A DNA stretch of 64,000 nucleotides from Nanohaloarchaea archaeon B1-Br10_U2g21 (GCA_001563915.1 LKMP01000001.1:48604-112603), one strand, 5' to 3'. Shown: positions 1 to 11,440, counted from the stretch's first letter. The notes: generated from the sequence alone by a model not told the origin. Program-made: numbers and translations.

Positions 1-479
1 AAATAGAGTACAACTCTCAAGAAGAAAACAGAGACTACGAGAAAAGAACAGATATTAGCAGTAGAATTGGGGTAGTCAAATCAAGGCCAGGTATGACGCC
101 TGAAGAAATCGAGTTTGTTTTGGAAAATGATTATGAAGGATTAATTGTTGAAGGAACTGGTTTAGGACACTTACCAGTCAATAGCTTTGATGACAAAACT
201 GAACACCATGAAAAAATACTTGAAAAGTTGGAAGAAGTTGCTGAGAAAATGCCTGTAGTAATGGCCTCACAGTGTATTAAAGGCCGAGTTGATATGGATG
301 TCTATGATGCAGGGGTTAAGATTCAGAACGCCGGTGTTTTTTCCGCAAGAAATATGCATCCAGAACTAGCTTATGTCAAGCTTGCGTGGAGTATTGCCAA
401 TACAGATTCTAGGGAGGAGGCTTTGAAGCTTTTTCAAGAGGATGTTAATGGGGAGCTTACAGAGAGGTCGATGATATAG
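1..479 (+). CDS. gatD: Glu-tRNA(Gln) amidotransferase subunit D, C-terminal part (5' truncated by window edge)
   Basis: Frame open from position 3; asparaginase-like motifs GLIVEGTGLGH, VVMASQC..GRVDMDVY, MHPELAYVKL; gatE lies 0.8 kb downstream. Confidence 0.92.
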   Translation, partial: IEYNSQEENRDYEKRTDISSRIGVVKSRPGMTPEEIEFVLENDYEGLIVEGTGLGHLPVNSFDDKTEHHEKILEKLEEVAEKMPVVMASQCIKGRVDMDVYDAGVKIQNAGVFSARNMHPELAYVKLAWSIANTDSREEALKLFQEDVNGELTERSMI

Positions 480-769
480 TGGATAGAATACTCGATGAGT
501 TTGATAAAAAAGCAAAAGAGTTCCTAGACAAGGGCAGGCCTGATAGGCTGAGAAATATTTTAAGAGAGTATGCTATGTGCGTAGCTTATGAAACAGGAGA
601 AGAGCTTGAAAATCCGTCTCGGTTTCTTAGAATGACTGGTATAGACTTTGAAAACATTGACAACTTTACTGAGTATAGAGTAGCCAAATCTGTTATTAGA
701 TCAGAAATCAGAAAAAAGAAGGGCGATAGCTACTTCACAAAACTCAGAAAGAAGGTGTCAGATAGATGA
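479..769 (+). CDS. hypothetical protein
   Basis: 96-aa ORF overlapping both neighbours (TAGTG and ATGA junctions). Confidence 0.7.
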   Translation: MDRILDEFDKKAKEFLDKGRPDRLRNILREYAMCVAYETGEELENPSRFLRMTGIDFENIDNFTEYRVAKSVIRSEIRKKKGDSYFTKLRKKVSDR

Positions 770-1293
770 AGATCTATGGGGTTACTGGAATGCCTTTAGC
801 AGGTAAAACAACTGTAGCAGACATAATAGCTGTACGAGGTTTCCAAAAAATTGACATGGGTGATGTGGTGAGAAAAGAGATGAGCGATAGAAATATTTCT
901 GCTGGCGAAACAGGAAAGTTTGTGAACCAGCAAAGAGAAAAACGAGGTAGAAGCGCTATAGCAAAGCTTACTGTGCCGTATATAGAACGAACAGATTCGG
1001 ATGTCGTGATTACAGGGATGAGAGGTCTTTCTGAGAAAAAGCACTTTGAGAAAGATTTAGGTACAGAAATCGAAATGATAGCTGTATGGACATCTCCCAA
1101 AAAACGCAAAGAAAGAAGAGAAAAAAGAATGAGGGAGGAAGATAGAAAGGGTCAAGACTTTCACTCAAGAGATTTAAGAGAGCTGGAAAATGGGGTAGGA
1201 AAACTTATGGCATTAAGCGATCATGTTATTGTCAATGAAGATATTTCAATAGAAAAACTTGAGGAGAAAGTTGATCAATTACTTGAGGCATGA
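766..1293 (+). CDS. P-loop nucleotide kinase, dephospho-CoA kinase-like/UPF0200 family
   Basis: GVTGMPLAGKTT Walker A, MGDVVR, RDLREL..GVG. Confidence 0.8.
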   Translation: MKIYGVTGMPLAGKTTVADIIAVRGFQKIDMGDVVRKEMSDRNISAGETGKFVNQQREKRGRSAIAKLTVPYIERTDSDVVITGMRGLSEKKHFEKDLGTEIEMIAVWTSPKKRKERREKRMREEDRKGQDFHSRDLRELENGVGKLMALSDHVIVNEDISIEKLEEKVDQLLEA

Positions 1294-3134
1294 GTAAAGA
1301 AATGGATTACAAAGAATTAGGATTCAAATGCGGTATAGAAATCCATCAGCAACTTGACACAGATAGGAAACTTTTCTGCCACTGTCCTGTAGATTTAGTA
1401 GATGAGAGCGCAGATGGGGCTTTTGAAAGATACCTCAATGTAGTAGCAGGAGAATCAGGAGAAAAAGATCGGGCGGCAGAACAAGAAATCCAGAAATCAA
1501 GGAAGTACATCTACAAATATTACGACAGAAATAACTGTTTGGTTGAAGCTGATGAGGAACCGCCGCACTCAATGTCAGAGCAGGCTCTAGAAACAGCGTT
1601 AATCTTTGCAAGAATGGTGAATGCTGATATCGTTCCTGAGATACAAGTAATGCGTAAAATGGTGCTTGATGGTTCGAATACATCGGGTTTCCAGAGAACG
1701 TCGATGATAGGTCTAAATGGAGAGATTGAAACAGAGACAGGTATTGTAAAGATAGAAGACATAGAACTGGAGGAAGAATCAGCAGGAATTCATGAAAAAG
1801 ACTCTGAGAAAGCAGTTTATGATCTTAACAGATTAGGAGTGCCGTTAGTTGAAATAGGGACAGATGCATCTATTAGAACTCCGGAACATGCGAGAGAAGT
1901 TGCGCTAAGGCTAGGAATGCTTCTACGCTCAACAGGTAAAGCGCGGAGAGGGCTAGGAACAATCAGACAAGATGTCAACGTCTCGATTGAAGAAGGAGCT
2001 AGGGTCGAAATCAAGGGATTTCAGGATGTAAAAAATATTGATGAACTAATTAGACTGGAAGTTGAGAGACAGAAAAACCTTGTAGAGCTTGGTGAGGATC
2101 TTGATGAAGCTGAATTGGTGGCTGATAATGTGACCCATCTATTTGAGAATACAGAAAATCAGATAATTTCTACAGTGCTTGAAAATAATGGCGCGGTATA
2201 TGCATTGAAACTTCCGGGCTTGACAGGGAAGATGAAACAGAAAATATCTGGTGAAAAGTATTTGGCACTGGAACTTGTTGACTACGCTAAGTCAAAAGGT
2301 GTAAAAGGGATATTACATACTGATGAAGACTTACAGAAATATGAGCTAGTTGATGAATTTGAAGAAGTTGCTAAAATGTTTGACAGAGACAAAGAAGATG
2401 TTATTGCAGTTATTGCGGCTGAGAAAAATCAGGCTCGAGAAGCAGCGAAAGAAGTACAGAAGAGGGCAAAAATGCTTTATAATGGGGAAATACCTGAGGA
2501 AACACGGAGTGCAGAACAGGACTTTACTACGAGTTATATGAGGCCTTTACCTGGAGCAGCAAGAATGTATCCTGAAACTGATATTGCACCTATAAGAGTC
2601 ACAGAGAGTAGGGTGAAAGAAATTGATCAAAATATTCCGGAAACGCTTGAAGAAAAGAAAGAGCGTCTAGAAGATGAAGTAGGGGAACAGATGGCGTCTC
2701 AGCTTGTCAGTTCAAGAAGAGTTGGGCTTTTTGACAAGTTTGAAGATTCTGCTGATCAGAAAGATTTAGCGAATTATATAGTCAATACTTTACCGAGAAT
2801 AGAATCTGAAGGCTTTGAAGTCTCAGAAAATGCGATAGAGAAAATTCTACAGGCTTTTTCAGACTCAAAAATAGAAAAGGGTCAGCTGGAGAAAGCATCT
2901 CGTCTCGCTGCAGAGGGGGAAGAAAGTCCTGTTGAAAAGATTTTGGAGTCACAGGTTTCAGAAAAAGATATTGAAGAAATAGTCAGGTTGGTCGTTGAGG
3001 AGAATTCTGAGATGGTGGGAGAGCAAGGTATGCGTGCTCAAGGACCCTTAATGGGGGATGTGTTGCAGAGAATTGACGCTGATGGTTCCCGAGTGGCGCC
3101 TGTGCTTCAAAAGGTTTTACAGGAGCATCTGTAG
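1290..3134 (+). CDS. gatE: Glu-tRNA(Gln) amidotransferase subunit E
   Basis: [41 protein letters not shown]. Confidence 0.97.
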   Translation: MSKEMDYKELGFKCGIEIHQQLDTDRKLFCHCPVDLVDESADGAFERYLNVVAGESGEKDRAAEQEIQKSRKYIYKYYDRNNCLVEADEEPPHSMSEQALETALIFARMVNADIVPEIQVMRKMVLDGSNTSGFQRTSMIGLNGEIETETGIVKIEDIELEEESAGIHEKDSEKAVYDLNRLGVPLVEIGTDASIRTPEHAREVALRLGMLLRSTGKARRGLGTIRQDVNVSIEEGARVEIKGFQDVKNIDELIRLEVERQKNLVELGEDLDEAELVADNVTHLFENTENQIISTVLENNGAVYALKLPGLTGKMKQKISGEKYLALELVDYAKSKGVKGILHTDEDLQKYELVDEFEEVAKMFDRDKEDVIAVIAAEKNQAREAAKEVQKRAKMLYNGEIPEETRSAEQDFTTSYMRPLPGAARMYPETDIAPIRVTESRVKEIDQNIPETLEEKKERLEDEVGEQMASQLVSSRRVGLFDKFEDSADQKDLANYIVNTLPRIESEGFEVSENAIEKILQAFSDSKIEKGQLEKASRLAAEGEESPVEKILESQVSEKDIEEIVRLVVEENSEMVGEQGMRAQGPLMGDVLQRIDADGSRVAPVLQKVLQEHL

Positions 3135-3185
3135 AACATATTTAAATTTTTACTTATGTCATTAAAAAACAGGTGAATTACAACT

Positions 3186-4847
3186 ATGAGAGGATTAGGC
3201 GGAAGTCCGGTATTTATAATGTCTGAAGACGCAGAAAGACAGACTGGTGCAGACGCACAGGAAAACAATATAGCAGCATGTAAAACAGTTGCAAAAGCCG
3301 TAAGAACTACTCTAGGTCCTAAAGGAATGGATAAGATGATGGTGGATTCTGTAGGAGATCTAGTAGTAACGAATGATGGCGTAACTATACTTGAAGAAAT
3401 GGATATTCAGCATCCAGCAGCCAAGATGATGGTTGAAGTCGCACAGACACAGGAAGAAGAGGTTGGAGATGGGACAACTACAGCAGTAGTACTTGCAGGA
3501 GAGCTATTGAAGCAGGCTGAAGGATTGCTTGAACAGGAAATCCACCCAACTGTAATAACTAGAGGTTACAGGCTTGCACGTGAAAAATCTGTAGACATAT
3601 TGGATGATATATCTGAAGAAGTAGATCTTGCAGATGAAGATACGCTTGAGAAAGTAGCCATGACTGCAATGACTGGTAAATCTGCTGAATCTGCACGAGA
3701 TTATCTGGCAGAAATCGCGGTAAGCGCAGTAAGACAGGTTGCAGAAGAGGAAGGAGATTTACTTGTAATTGATAGAGATATGGTGAAACTTGAGAAAAAG
3801 GAAGGAGGCACTATTGATGAGACAGAACTTGTTCAAGGAGTAATTCTTGATAAGGAAAAAGTCCACGGTGGAATGCCTTCGAATATCTCTGATGCAAAGA
3901 TTGCGTTACTAAATACGCCTATTGAAGTACGTGAGACTGAGACAGATGCAGAAATCAACATTTCTGATCCTTCTCAGCTTAAAGGATTTGTTGAAGAAGA
4001 GGAAAAACAGCTCAAAGAAATGGTGGAAGCATTGGATGATGCGGGAGCAAATGTAGTTCTATGTCAGAAAGGTATAGATGACATCGCACAACATTACCTT
4101 GCAAAGAGAGGAATCTTTGCAGTAAGAAGAGTTTCCTCCAAAGATATGGATAAACTAGCAAAGGCAACAGGCGCAAATATTGTAACAAGTATTGAAGACG
4201 TTTCAGAAGATGACTTAGGAGAAGCAGGAACTGTCAAAGAAAACAGAATTGGTGGAGATTCAATGACGTTCGTACAGGACTGTCCAGAAGCCAAATCTGT
4301 CTCAATCCTTATCAGAGGAGGAACAGAACACGTAGTTGACGAAATTGATAGGGCTATGGAAGATGCAATAGGAGGAGTAGCTTCAGCACTGCGTAATGGA
4401 AAAGTCGTAGGCGGAGGTGGAGCAACAGAAGTAGAACTCGCACAACAGCTCAGAGATTATGCTGATAGTGTAGGAGGGCGAGAACAATTAGCGATTAATG
4501 CATTTGCAGATGCATTAGAAGTTCTACCAAGAACACTTGCAGAAAATGCAGGATTTGATCCGATTGATGTGTTAGTAGACCTTAGAAATAAACACGAAAA
4601 GGGAGAAATTTGGGCAGGAATCGATGTGTCATCAGGTGAATCAGAAGGCCTATTTGATCAAGGAGTTGTAGAACCGCGGCAGACTAAGACTCAGGCAGTT
4701 CAGTCTGCATCAGAATCAGCAGAAATGATTTTGAGGATTGATGATGTGATTTCTGCGTCAGGATTTGATGGCGGAGGAGGAGATGCACCGGCGCCTGAAG
4801 GAGGAATGCCTGGTGGAGGAATGGGAGGAATGGGAGGCATGATGTAA
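3186..4847 (+). CDS. ths: thermosome (group II chaperonin) subunit
   Basis: [23 protein letters not shown]-rich C-terminal tail. Confidence 0.97.
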   Translation: MRGLGGSPVFIMSEDAERQTGADAQENNIAACKTVAKAVRTTLGPKGMDKMMVDSVGDLVVTNDGVTILEEMDIQHPAAKMMVEVAQTQEEEVGDGTTTAVVLAGELLKQAEGLLEQEIHPTVITRGYRLAREKSVDILDDISEEVDLADEDTLEKVAMTAMTGKSAESARDYLAEIAVSAVRQVAEEEGDLLVIDRDMVKLEKKEGGTIDETELVQGVILDKEKVHGGMPSNISDAKIALLNTPIEVRETETDAEINISDPSQLKGFVEEEEKQLKEMVEALDDAGANVVLCQKGIDDIAQHYLAKRGIFAVRRVSSKDMDKLAKATGANIVTSIEDVSEDDLGEAGTVKENRIGGDSMTFVQDCPEAKSVSILIRGGTEHVVDEIDRAMEDAIGGVASALRNGKVVGGGGATEVELAQQLRDYADSVGGREQLAINAFADALEVLPRTLAENAGFDPIDVLVDLRNKHEKGEIWAGIDVSSGESEGLFDQGVVEPRQTKTQAVQSASESAEMILRIDDVISASGFDGGGGDAPAPEGGMPGGGMGGMGGMM

Positions 4848-4994
4848 GCCTCTTTTCTCCTCCTTCATATTATGTTTACGTTTTTAGATTGTTCTTTGAA
4901 GGAGATGTAGTTGAAATTTTCTTTTTCTATATCTATTTCCGTGGATTATAAATACCGGAGTTCCTCATTTCTTACTTAGAGGCGATTCAAAGCT

Positions 4995-5672
4995 ATGAAT
5001 GACGAGGTTCAGCTTGGCTCTTCTGAAGGAGATGACTACGAGGTCGTTCCGATAGGACCGATTAGAAAACTGGAAAGAAGAATTGATAAGATTCATGAGG
5101 AAGCAGTTCAAAACTCATCAGGAGGCGGTAATTACGATGAACTTGTTAAAGATGTCTTAGATATAATGAAATCGAATCAGCGAATCGTCAATGACATGAC
5201 TGAATCAACTCATGAGCTTAAGAACTCTGTAGAAGATCTTACTCACAAAATGGATGAGGTAGTAGATAACATGAATACATTTATGGACTTGCTTACTGAA
5301 GCCTCTGAAATGGATATGGAAGGCGAAATTGTTGGGGATATTGAACATAGGATTGCTGATGCAATAGGAAATAAAATGGATAATGTAGCAGAGGGAATGA
5401 TGCAGTCCAATAAAGAAGTTGTAGACCAGTTAGAAGAAGTTAATCAAAGTTTAAGGAGATCTTATGCTTCAGGTTCTAGTCAGCAGATGAAGCCTCAATC
5501 GAAGCCTCAATCTAGAACGGCTCAACAATCGAATAATTCTTCTGAATCTGTTCAGCGACCTACTTCTTCAGATCAGTCTCAGTCATCTCCACAGTCAATG
5601 AATTTAGGTTCCGGGAGAGATGATAGAATGAAGAGGCTCAGGGAGAAGTTTGGAGATGTTAAAGACCAGTAA
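4995..5672 (+). CDS. hypothetical coiled-coil protein with S/Q-rich tail; first gene of pilus locus
   Basis: Heptad-like helical middle, low-complexity C-terminus, TTATAAATA upstream (~4947), overlaps first pilin. Confidence 0.75.
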   Translation: MNDEVQLGSSEGDDYEVVPIGPIRKLERRIDKIHEEAVQNSSGGGNYDELVKDVLDIMKSNQRIVNDMTESTHELKNSVEDLTHKMDEVVDNMNTFMDLLTEASEMDMEGEIVGDIEHRIADAIGNKMDNVAEGMMQSNKEVVDQLEEVNQSLRRSYASGSSQQMKPQSKPQSRTAQQSNNSSESVQRPTSSDQSQSSPQSMNLGSGRDDRMKRLREKFGDVKDQ

Positions 5673-6156
5673 AGGCCTTACTCCTGTTGTAGCAACTGTT
5701 TTACTTTTGATGATTGCTGTAGCTGCTGTAGGCTCTGCAGCAGTATTTTTGGATGATACTATTACAAGTATCGGCGACAGTATAGAGGAAGATTTGGCTT
5801 TGGAAGAACGGAGATCTGCAACAGATATCTCGATTGATTATGGATACCGTAGTTCTGGAAGTACTGAATATGTGATTATAGATGTTAGAAATACGGGTTC
5901 TGAAACTTTAGAAGTTCAACAGAATGGCGAAAAGCTTTGGAATATGTATATTGATGGGAGGCCTGAAGACTGGAGTTATGTTGATTCAGACCTTGAGTCA
6001 GAAGATGAAATCTTGAGAAATCCTAATGAGGTTATTTCAATAAATACTACTGAAGAATTCCCGGATAACGGTGAAATGATAGAGGTCTCATTAAATGCCC
6101 CTTATGAAAGTTCGGACTCTTACGTCTGCTTTAATGACGGAGGCAATAGCTGCTGA
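5656..6156 (+). CDS. archaeal type IV pilin/archaellin-like protein
   Basis: Class III signal peptide MLKTSKG/LTPVVATVLLLMIAVAAVG; ATG 5656 preferred over TTG 5650. Confidence 0.88.
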   Translation: MLKTSKGLTPVVATVLLLMIAVAAVGSAAVFLDDTITSIGDSIEEDLALEERRSATDISIDYGYRSSGSTEYVIIDVRNTGSETLEVQQNGEKLWNMYIDGRPEDWSYVDSDLESEDEILRNPNEVISINTTEEFPDNGEMIEVSLNAPYESSDSYVCFNDGGNSC

Positions 6157-6166
6157 GTTCAGAATC

Positions 6167-6173
6167 TTTATAA
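6167..6173 (+). promoter_or_regulatory. TATA box for second pilin (probably leaderless mRNA)
   Basis: TTTATAA about 27 nt upstream of ATG 6200. Confidence 0.6.
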
Positions 6174-6199
6174 GGGAGCCACAGCAAATCTTACATAGT

Positions 6200-6739
6200 A
6201 TGTTTGGAACAAGCAAAGGTATTACTCCTGTAATCGCGATTGTTCTGTTATTACTTGTAACAGTTGGAGCGGTAGGAGTAGTTTATACACAGTTCCAAGG
6301 TTTAGTAGGAGATGGACCTGACGCAGATTTCTTAGATGCTGATGGAGTAGATATTAGTATGTCATCAACAGTTAGCCATGATCCCATTAATCTGACTTTA
6401 AGAAATAATGGTGATGATGAATATGACTTACAAGATGATTTTAGAGTCGATGTAAGCGTTCCTGGTGAGGGCAGAGTTCCATTAGAAGATGCAGTAGTCT
6501 TTGATGAATTCGAAGATGAGAGCCCGCAACAGTGTCTAGAAGAGGGTAACGAAGCCGAAGGCCATGATAGTGAAGATTATACGTCATTTGGTCCTGGTGA
6601 CTCTATAGCATGTGAACCGGATATAGACGATCTTTCTGGTCCAGAAGAAGCTACATTCTACTTAGTCTTGGATAGTGCAGATGATGAAGTCACAGATGTA
6701 ACTTGTGATCCATCAACAAGCACTAGCGCAACTTGTTAA
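6200..6739 (+). CDS. archaeal type IV pilin, probable major pilin
   Basis: MFGTSKG/ITPVIAIVLLLLVTVGAVGVV class III signal peptide; start reassigned from 6095. Confidence 0.88.
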   Translation: MFGTSKGITPVIAIVLLLLVTVGAVGVVYTQFQGLVGDGPDADFLDADGVDISMSSTVSHDPINLTLRNNGDDEYDLQDDFRVDVSVPGEGRVPLEDAVVFDEFEDESPQQCLEEGNEAEGHDSEDYTSFGPGDSIACEPDIDDLSGPEEATFYLVLDSADDEVTDVTCDPSTSTSATC

Positions 6740-6740
6740 A

Positions 6741-6770
6741 ATTTTTCTTTTCACATATTTTCCCTTTATT
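6741..6770 (+). terminator. T-rich archaeal terminator after pilin
   Basis: ATTTTTCTTTT...TTTTCCCTTTATT directly after the stop. Confidence 0.5.
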
Positions 6771-6801
6771 TTATATTCAGGCCTTAATAATTGAGAACTG
6801 T

Positions 6802-7449
6802 ATGAAGGGTCAAACTCAGGCAGTTACAGCTGTTATGATTACAGGTATAATGATAGGCACTATTGCCGCAGTTTATGTCTGGGGAACGCCTTTACTTGAG
6901 AAAAGAGAAAGCCAGGCGGCCTTAGGCCAAGTTGAAAGCGATGTTTTAAGCCTTAAAGACTCTGTAGATTCTGTCAGCCGAAGTGGAGAAGGTAGTGGTT
7001 CAGATAGTTCTATTAGGATTAGTGAGGGCGAGGTTGAAGTGAATGAGGATGAGAATTATATTCAAGTAACTACTTTTTCAGGAGCTTCAAGTTATCCTAC
7101 AGGTACGTGGAGAATAATAGAAGGTAATAGTCTCCAAGGTCTTTCAATAGGTACAGGATACTACGGTATTTCGGGACAGGATAGTGATGGTGTAGTAGCC
7201 GCTAGATCGGATGAATCTGGGGGAGATGATAGAATCCGGTTCAGAGTCGAGTTTAGAGATATGTTAGATGATTCTGAAGCCCATTTAGTAGATTTGCAGT
7301 CTGTAGGTTCTCCCACATCCTCCGGAGAGACTACTGTCAATCTAAGAAATAGAGGTACTGAGTCTGATACAGGCTCAGAAGGTTTAGAGATTGGTACTGA
7401 TGAAATTATAGATAGAGAGAGAAGAATAATTGAGGTTGATTTACAGTGA
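6802..7449 (+). CDS. minor pilin-like protein
   Basis: MKG/QTQAVTAVMITGIMIG class III signal; start reassigned from 6733. Confidence 0.8.
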   Translation: MKGQTQAVTAVMITGIMIGTIAAVYVWGTPLLEKRESQAALGQVESDVLSLKDSVDSVSRSGEGSGSDSSIRISEGEVEVNEDENYIQVTTFSGASSYPTGTWRIIEGNSLQGLSIGTGYYGISGQDSDGVVAARSDESGGDDRIRFRVEFRDMLDDSEAHLVDLQSVGSPTSSGETTVNLRNRGTESDTGSEGLEIGTDEIIDRERRIIEVDLQ

Positions 7450-7838
7450 AAGGACAGTATCTTGCTGTGGAATCTGTTTTGACATTTGGGCTAGGTATAA
7501 TCGCAGCAGTAGGTATTATAGGTGTTTTTAGCAGTTACAGTAGTAATGTGTTTTCAACCGCCGAACAAGTAGATGTAAAAGTAGTTCAAAATGATATAAA
7601 GAATAATCTAAATAGTTTAGACGTTATAAATGGTACTGCGCATAAAGATTTAGAATTACCGGATACAGTAGCTAATTCAGACTATACAGTATCGTTATCA
7701 GATGATGAAATAGCTTTAGAGGCCAGAGGAGAAATATATAGATCTAGACTGCCGATTTCGGAGCCTGCCACAGGTTCAGGTTCAGGCGACGTAAGAATCT
7801 ATAAAACCGAACAAGGGTATGAGTTGACCGAAAGATGA
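7446..7838 (+). CDS. minor pilin-like protein
   Basis: MKG/QYLAVESVLTFGLGIIA; GTGA overlap. Confidence 0.8.
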   Translation: MKGQYLAVESVLTFGLGIIAAVGIIGVFSSYSSNVFSTAEQVDVKVVQNDIKNNLNSLDVINGTAHKDLELPDTVANSDYTVSLSDDEIALEARGEIYRSRLPISEPATGSGSGDVRIYKTEQGYELTER

Positions 7839-9544
7839 GTGTCAAACTTAATAGTCTGATAAACAGGCTTAGGAAAGCTAAACACCCGGAATGGTACGAA
7901 GAGGAAGAAACAAAAGAGGCAAATGAAAATGCAGATGGAGTTAAAATTCCATCTCCGGGCCGTTTTGATCCTGAAATGATCGAACAGTTTTCAGATGAGG
8001 ATAAACTTACTGATGTTGATGTATCATATCCTTTAATGCCTGCAGATCCTGAAGATGGAGAGATGGTTTATGCATGGGCGCATATAACTTGGAACGAAGA
8101 AATGGGAGAATTAGTATACAGAGTAATAGAACCAGATATGAATAAGAGAACTGAGGCTGTTCTGAACAAGATTCATGATATAATGGAAAGAAGTTTCGAT
8201 GTCACGTTATCAGACCTCGAATCAGGAGAAGCTGATGAATATCTCGAAGAAAAAATAGATATGATAGTGGATAAATATGATTTAAGTCTCACAGAACAGC
8301 AAAGAGAAGTAGTCCGTTACTACACAAAAAGAGATTTTGCAGGTTTAGGTAAGCTACAACCACTAATGAATGATACAGAAGTAGAAGATATATCCTGTGA
8401 TGGAATAGATATACCTGTTTATGCGTACCACAGAAACCCTAAGTTTGGGTCCATAAAGACAACTATAGAATGGGATAATCACGAAGAACTTGATAAATTC
8501 GTTATGAAAATGGCTCAGAGATGCGGTAAATCTATTTCAGTCTCGACACCATTGCTTGATGGGGCGCTGCCTGACGGTTCCCGTGTACAGGCAACTTTAG
8601 CTACAGACATTGCGAGAAAGGGGTCAAATTTTACAATTCGACGTTTTACGTCAGATCCATTAACACCTATTCATATGATGGACTTTGAGACAGAGAATGC
8701 GCAGATGCTATCATATCTTTGGACGCTTGTGGAACACGGTAAATCAACTCTAGTATGTGGAACTACAGGAGCAGGAAAAACATCTCAGTTGAACTCGCTT
8801 TCACTTTTCATCAGGCCAGAGAAGAAGATTGTGTCTATTGAGGACACGCCAGAACTTCGTCTACCTCATGATCACTGGGTGCCGGAAGTAGCGCGGTCAG
8901 GATTTGGATCAAGTGCTGATGAAGGAGGAGAAGTATCAATGGATCATTTATTGAAAGAGTCTCTGCGTCAGAGACCTGAATATATTATTGTCGGAGAGGT
9001 GCGTGGTGAAGAAGCATATATTTTGTTCCAGCAGATGGCTACAGGACACACGGGGCTATCAACGATTCACGCGGACAGTCTAGAGATGCTTATGGATCGT
9101 CTGACTACACAGCCAATAGATCTCTCGCCGTCACTAATTGAGACATTAGACTGCATAATGCTAATTAAAAGGCTTAGAAGAGGAGGGAAGTATGTTAGAA
9201 GGATTACAGGTCTTTATGAGGTATTAGGGTATGATAAGAGAAAGGGTATTGATGCTAACAAAGTATTTGGATGGGAGCCAAGAAATGATGAATATATCGT
9301 TGAGAACAACTCTATACTTCTCCAAGATATAGCTGAACAGAGCGGTATAGATAACGAAGATATACAAAAAGACCTCAGAAACAAGCAACACGTCCTAAAT
9401 TATATGCAAGAAGAGCAGATAAAACACTACAGAGAAGTAGGAGATATTATTTCTCGTTACTACTCTGATCCGGAGTCTGTAATGGAAAAAGTAGGACAAA
9501 CATTTAATTCAGATCAAGGCCAATTAAAAGTTAGCGATGCTTAA
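7835..9544 (+). CDS. type IV pilus assembly ATPase (PilB/FlaI/VirB11 family)
   Basis: CGTTGAGKT Walker A, SIEDTPE, LRQRPEYIIVGEVRG, TGH..STIHA. Confidence 0.95.
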   Translation: MSVKLNSLINRLRKAKHPEWYEEEETKEANENADGVKIPSPGRFDPEMIEQFSDEDKLTDVDVSYPLMPADPEDGEMVYAWAHITWNEEMGELVYRVIEPDMNKRTEAVLNKIHDIMERSFDVTLSDLESGEADEYLEEKIDMIVDKYDLSLTEQQREVVRYYTKRDFAGLGKLQPLMNDTEVEDISCDGIDIPVYAYHRNPKFGSIKTTIEWDNHEELDKFVMKMAQRCGKSISVSTPLLDGALPDGSRVQATLATDIARKGSNFTIRRFTSDPLTPIHMMDFETENAQMLSYLWTLVEHGKSTLVCGTTGAGKTSQLNSLSLFIRPEKKIVSIEDTPELRLPHDHWVPEVARSGFGSSADEGGEVSMDHLLKESLRQRPEYIIVGEVRGEEAYILFQQMATGHTGLSTIHADSLEMLMDRLTTQPIDLSPSLIETLDCIMLIKRLRRGGKYVRRITGLYEVLGYDKRKGIDANKVFGWEPRNDEYIVENNSILLQDIAEQSGIDNEDIQKDLRNKQHVLNYMQEEQIKHYREVGDIISRYYSDPESVMEKVGQTFNSDQGQLKVSDA

Positions 9545-10412
9545 AGAATACTCAGAATTCTGCTATAATCAAGTAGGAAGTTATGCTTTGCAGGTTATTC
9601 ACTACTTTGAGGACTTGAGCCCGCAACTGGCAAAAGCTGGGCTGAATATCTCGCTACCTGAATACGTTAGTATGATGTTCTTCACAACAGGCCTTGTAGG
9701 GCTTTTGACTTTGACTTTAGGAGGCACTCTATTGACTATGTCTATGGGTGTTGGCGGAATTATTATGGCATTTATATTGACGCCTATATTCTCTTTGGGT
9801 ACTGCCTTTGTGTTCTATCTTTATCCAGCGATAATGGTGAAAGATAGAGCATCAAGAATAAAAGATACTTTGCCTTTTGCTACAATGTATCTTTCTACAC
9901 TTGCAGGTACAGGTACTGCACTACCCCAGATTTTCAAAAATCTTGGTGAGGTGGATGAATATGGGGAAGTATCTAAAGAAGCAGAAAAAATTTCTAGAGA
10001 CATAGAAACATTTGGAATGGACATAAGTGAAGCTCTAGAAAGATCAGCAAATAGAAGTCCTTCAGAAGATTATCAAGAGCTAATGTGGGGGATGAATCAC
10101 GTTATAACAACGGGAGGCTCTCTAAGAGAGTTTTTAAGGCAAAGATCTGAGGCCTTAATGAATGAGTATAAGAGAAGAATAGAAGAATTCTCTGAACAAT
10201 TATCGCTCCTCGTAGAAATGTATATTACCGTAGTTGTTGTAGGATCAATTATTTTCACATCAATGAGTGCAGTAATGAGTACTATATCTCAAGATTTATC
10301 GGCTAACCAAATTGTAGGAATACAGCTAGTCGCTATTCTTTTCGGGTTACCAGTAATATCGGGCATGTTTATACTACTAGTACAGGGGATGTCTCCGGGT
10401 GGTATCCGATGA
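9537..10412 (+). CDS. type IV pilus membrane platform protein (PilC/TadC, T2SSF family)
   Basis: LPFA..YLSTLA, YGEVSKE, multiple TM segments, follows ATPase. Confidence 0.9.
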   Translation: MLKEYSEFCYNQVGSYALQVIHYFEDLSPQLAKAGLNISLPEYVSMMFFTTGLVGLLTLTLGGTLLTMSMGVGGIIMAFILTPIFSLGTAFVFYLYPAIMVKDRASRIKDTLPFATMYLSTLAGTGTALPQIFKNLGEVDEYGEVSKEAEKISRDIETFGMDISEALERSANRSPSEDYQELMWGMNHVITTGGSLREFLRQRSEALMNEYKRRIEEFSEQLSLLVEMYITVVVVGSIIFTSMSAVMSTISQDLSANQIVGIQLVAILFGLPVISGMFILLVQGMSPGGIR

Positions 10413-11440
10413 TAGATTTCTTCAAAGAAGAAGATTATGAGCCAGGTCTATCAACAGAAGACAAGATTGTCTTTGGTAGTCTAGCTGCTGGAGGAATCCT
10501 TATGATTATAGGAATGCTTCTTTATACTTCAGTTTCAATTCAGTTAGGAGGATTGACAATTATAATGGGATTACTGGCAGCTGTATTGCCTTTTGGAATA
10601 ATATCATTTATGAAGAATCGAGCGATTACTGAGATGGAGCGACAGTTTCCTGCTTTTCTGAAAGATCTTGCAGAGTCGAAAAGAGGAGGAATGACTATGC
10701 TAGATTCATTTGAATCAGCAAGAGAAACAGATTATGGCCGTATGAATAGTGAAATTGAAAAAGTTCACAGTCAGCTTTCATGGGGCATTCCATTTCCAGA
10801 AGTTATTGCAAGATTTTCCACTAGAATGAAAGATTCGGCAGTGATACAGCAATCTTTGTCTATTATTTTGCAGAGCTACAAGAGCGGGGGCGAAATAACG
10901 AAAACTATTGAGTCCGTAGGAGACAGCGCTACAATGCTTAAGGAAGTCATTCAGAGTAAAAATTCCATGCTAAAACAGCAACTAGTGATTATGTATGTAA
11001 TATATTTCCTTTTCATAGGAATAACTGTAGGAGTATACTTTCTAATGCAGCAATTACTTGGCTTAGGATCTCCGGAGCCTGGAACTCTTGAAAACGTTGG
11101 AGAGTTTCTAGGTGATGGGGATGATGAAGGAATAGCAAACTTTTGCGGGCCTGATGTGCCTTATGCAAGTCCTCTATGCAGTATTGCACAGGTATTTGGT
11201 TTTGTTCCAAGTAACGTTACTGATTTCACTAGTTCATATGCAGAACAATATGCATACGGGCAGATGGCGTACTATAAGTCAATCTTATTTACAATGCTTA
11301 TGGTACAAGGGATGTGTAGTGCTGCAGTCGCAGGACAAATATCTGAAGGATCTCCGAGTGCAGGAATAAAACACGCTATAATTATGCTTCCAGCAGCGTT
11401 TATAGTGTTCATGCTGATAGTGAGGCCTATGGGCATATGA
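10409..11440 (+). CDS. second pilus membrane platform protein (T2SSF family)
   Basis: QFPAFLKDLAES..GG, QLSWGIPF, AGQISEG...GIKH. Confidence 0.9.
   Translation: MIDFFKEEDYEPGLSTEDKIVFGSLAAGGILMIIGMLLYTSVSIQLGGLTIIMGLLAAVLPFGIISFMKNRAITEMERQFPAFLKDLAESKRGGMTMLDSFESARETDYGRMNSEIEKVHSQLSWGIPFPEVIARFSTRMKDSAVIQQSLSIILQSYKSGGEITKTIESVGDSATMLKEVIQSKNSMLKQQLVIMYVIYFLFIGITVGVYFLMQQLLGLGSPEPGTLENVGEFLGDGDDEGIANFCGPDVPYASPLCSIAQVFGFVPSNVTDFTSSYAEQYAYGQMAYYKSILFTMLMVQGMCSAAVAGQISEGSPSAGIKHAIIMLPAAFIVFMLIVRPMGI

Noticed and set aside
5656-6739. Archaellum (flagellum) operon
   Set aside because: No FlaH/F/G or chemotaxis genes; two short TadC genes and several minor pilins fit a pilus better
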